This document shows, piece by piece, positions 62,996 to 64,000 of a stretch of DNA of 64,000 bases. Where the stretch lies: positions 123,940,001 to 124,004,000 of the forward strand of contig NC_058368.1 of assembly GCF_018350175.1 (NCBI RefSeq). Direction: 5' to 3'. The notes under the pieces are model-generated. The model saw only the letters and a list, made by a program, of their open reading frames with translations, did no database searches and had not been told where the DNA came from. Position numbers and translations under genes: made by a program. How positions within the stretch are numbered: position 1 is the first letter of the stretch; each line of letters starts with the position of its first letter. Origin of the DNA: Felis catus (taxonomy: Eukaryota).

Positions 62996-63599
62996 GTAAG
63001 TTTAATGTTTTTTGTAGCGGCTTTTAGAATTGAATGTTCAGAGTACATGCTAAAGGGAAAACTAGGATTGTGGCAGTGGTTTTCAGTTCTAATTTATTCA
63101 AACCCACTTTCATACAGCAATTATAACCAGAGCCCTGACCAAGATTTCAGGCATCCTAGTTTGGCCTATTGCCATTTGACTTAGTCTATGAGGTACAACT
63201 TCTGAATGGTTTGCTACCTTAAGAAAAAGGGGATAATAGAACAAGTTAAGAATCAAAACTCCATGTCCATATACACATAGAGTTTGGGACATGCAGATCC
63301 CTATTCAGACTTACATAATTCTTGACAGTGGAAAAAGATTCATGAGTATGTAGATGACTGCTGCTATCAAGGCATTTCTATCAAAAGTACTGACACACTG
63401 GTTTGGAGGAGTAAAGAGAATGATGAGAGTAGAGTAGTGTTATCAGAAGATAGATTATAAAAATTAATAGTGCTTTCTACTGATAAAGTAGATTTGGATG
63501 AGGCCTTGGAAGCTGTATTTAAAAAGCCTGCCTGGTGATCCTGATGTCATTTTGTTTGGTAATCACTTATCTATGGAAACATAATGACATAATACATCT

Positions 63600-63800
63600 T
63601 GGATTTGCAACTTTGTTTCCTGGCCCTGCTTTGTGACCTAGTTAAATGACTTAGAGCAAGTTGCTTAATTTGTCAGAGCCACAATTTGCTATTCTGCAGA
63701 GTGGAGGCCATCATATTAAAAGGTTGTTAGGCAAACTTAATGAAAATGTGTGTGAAAATATGAAGTTTAAAACCACACACATTCATGGTAAACAGTAAAT
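63600..63800. mobile_element. MIR-like remnant
   Basis: tgacttagagcaagttgcttaat...cagagccacaattt...ttgttagg...atgtgtgtgaaa. Confidence 0.55.
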
Positions 63801-64000
63801 GCCATCCATCTTCATGATTTATTTGAGACCTAATCTTTTTATACTCTTAACAGTGATTCTCAAAATCAATACCAAGCCTAGAATGATCACCTTAAAACCT
63901 GTTTGGAGTTAGATGGGGTTTTAATATCTCTAATAAGACTGTTTCCCTAAACTGTCGTCAGTCTCATCCTGCCTAATTGTCTCTGTATTTTTTCATATCT

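Overview
Felid (cat-family) genomic DNA, judged from the felid-type CanSINEs and L1s. The window holds the 5' part of DDX4 (VASA, germline DEAD-box helicase of the piRNA pathway) on the + strand: a CpG-rich promoter and non-coding exon 1 (ends 11968), then coding exons 2-6 (12756-12827, 33741-33801, 57141-57218, 61222-61299, 62945-62995; 113 codons of the disordered N-terminus). The gene runs off the right edge. The most striking structure is a four-layer nest in intron 2. An MRFAP1 retrocopy (missed by the ORF track) was split by a full-length L1 (L1-A, 13-bp TSD). L1-A was in turn split inside ORF2 by a second full-length L1 (L1-B, 12-bp TSD) whose ORF1 and ORF2 are both intact. A third full-length L1 (L1-C) sits 133 nt after exon 3; its only visible lesions are 1-nt homopolymer indels, and it is a mosaic of A-like and B-like tracts. 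An older L1 with a different 5'UTR lies upstream. All these L1s are antisense to DDX4. The rest is about 35 CanSINEs, old L1/L2/MIR, MaLR and DNA-transposon remnants. Gene and repeat family names come from recalled sequence, not from searches; old-repeat boundaries are approximate.
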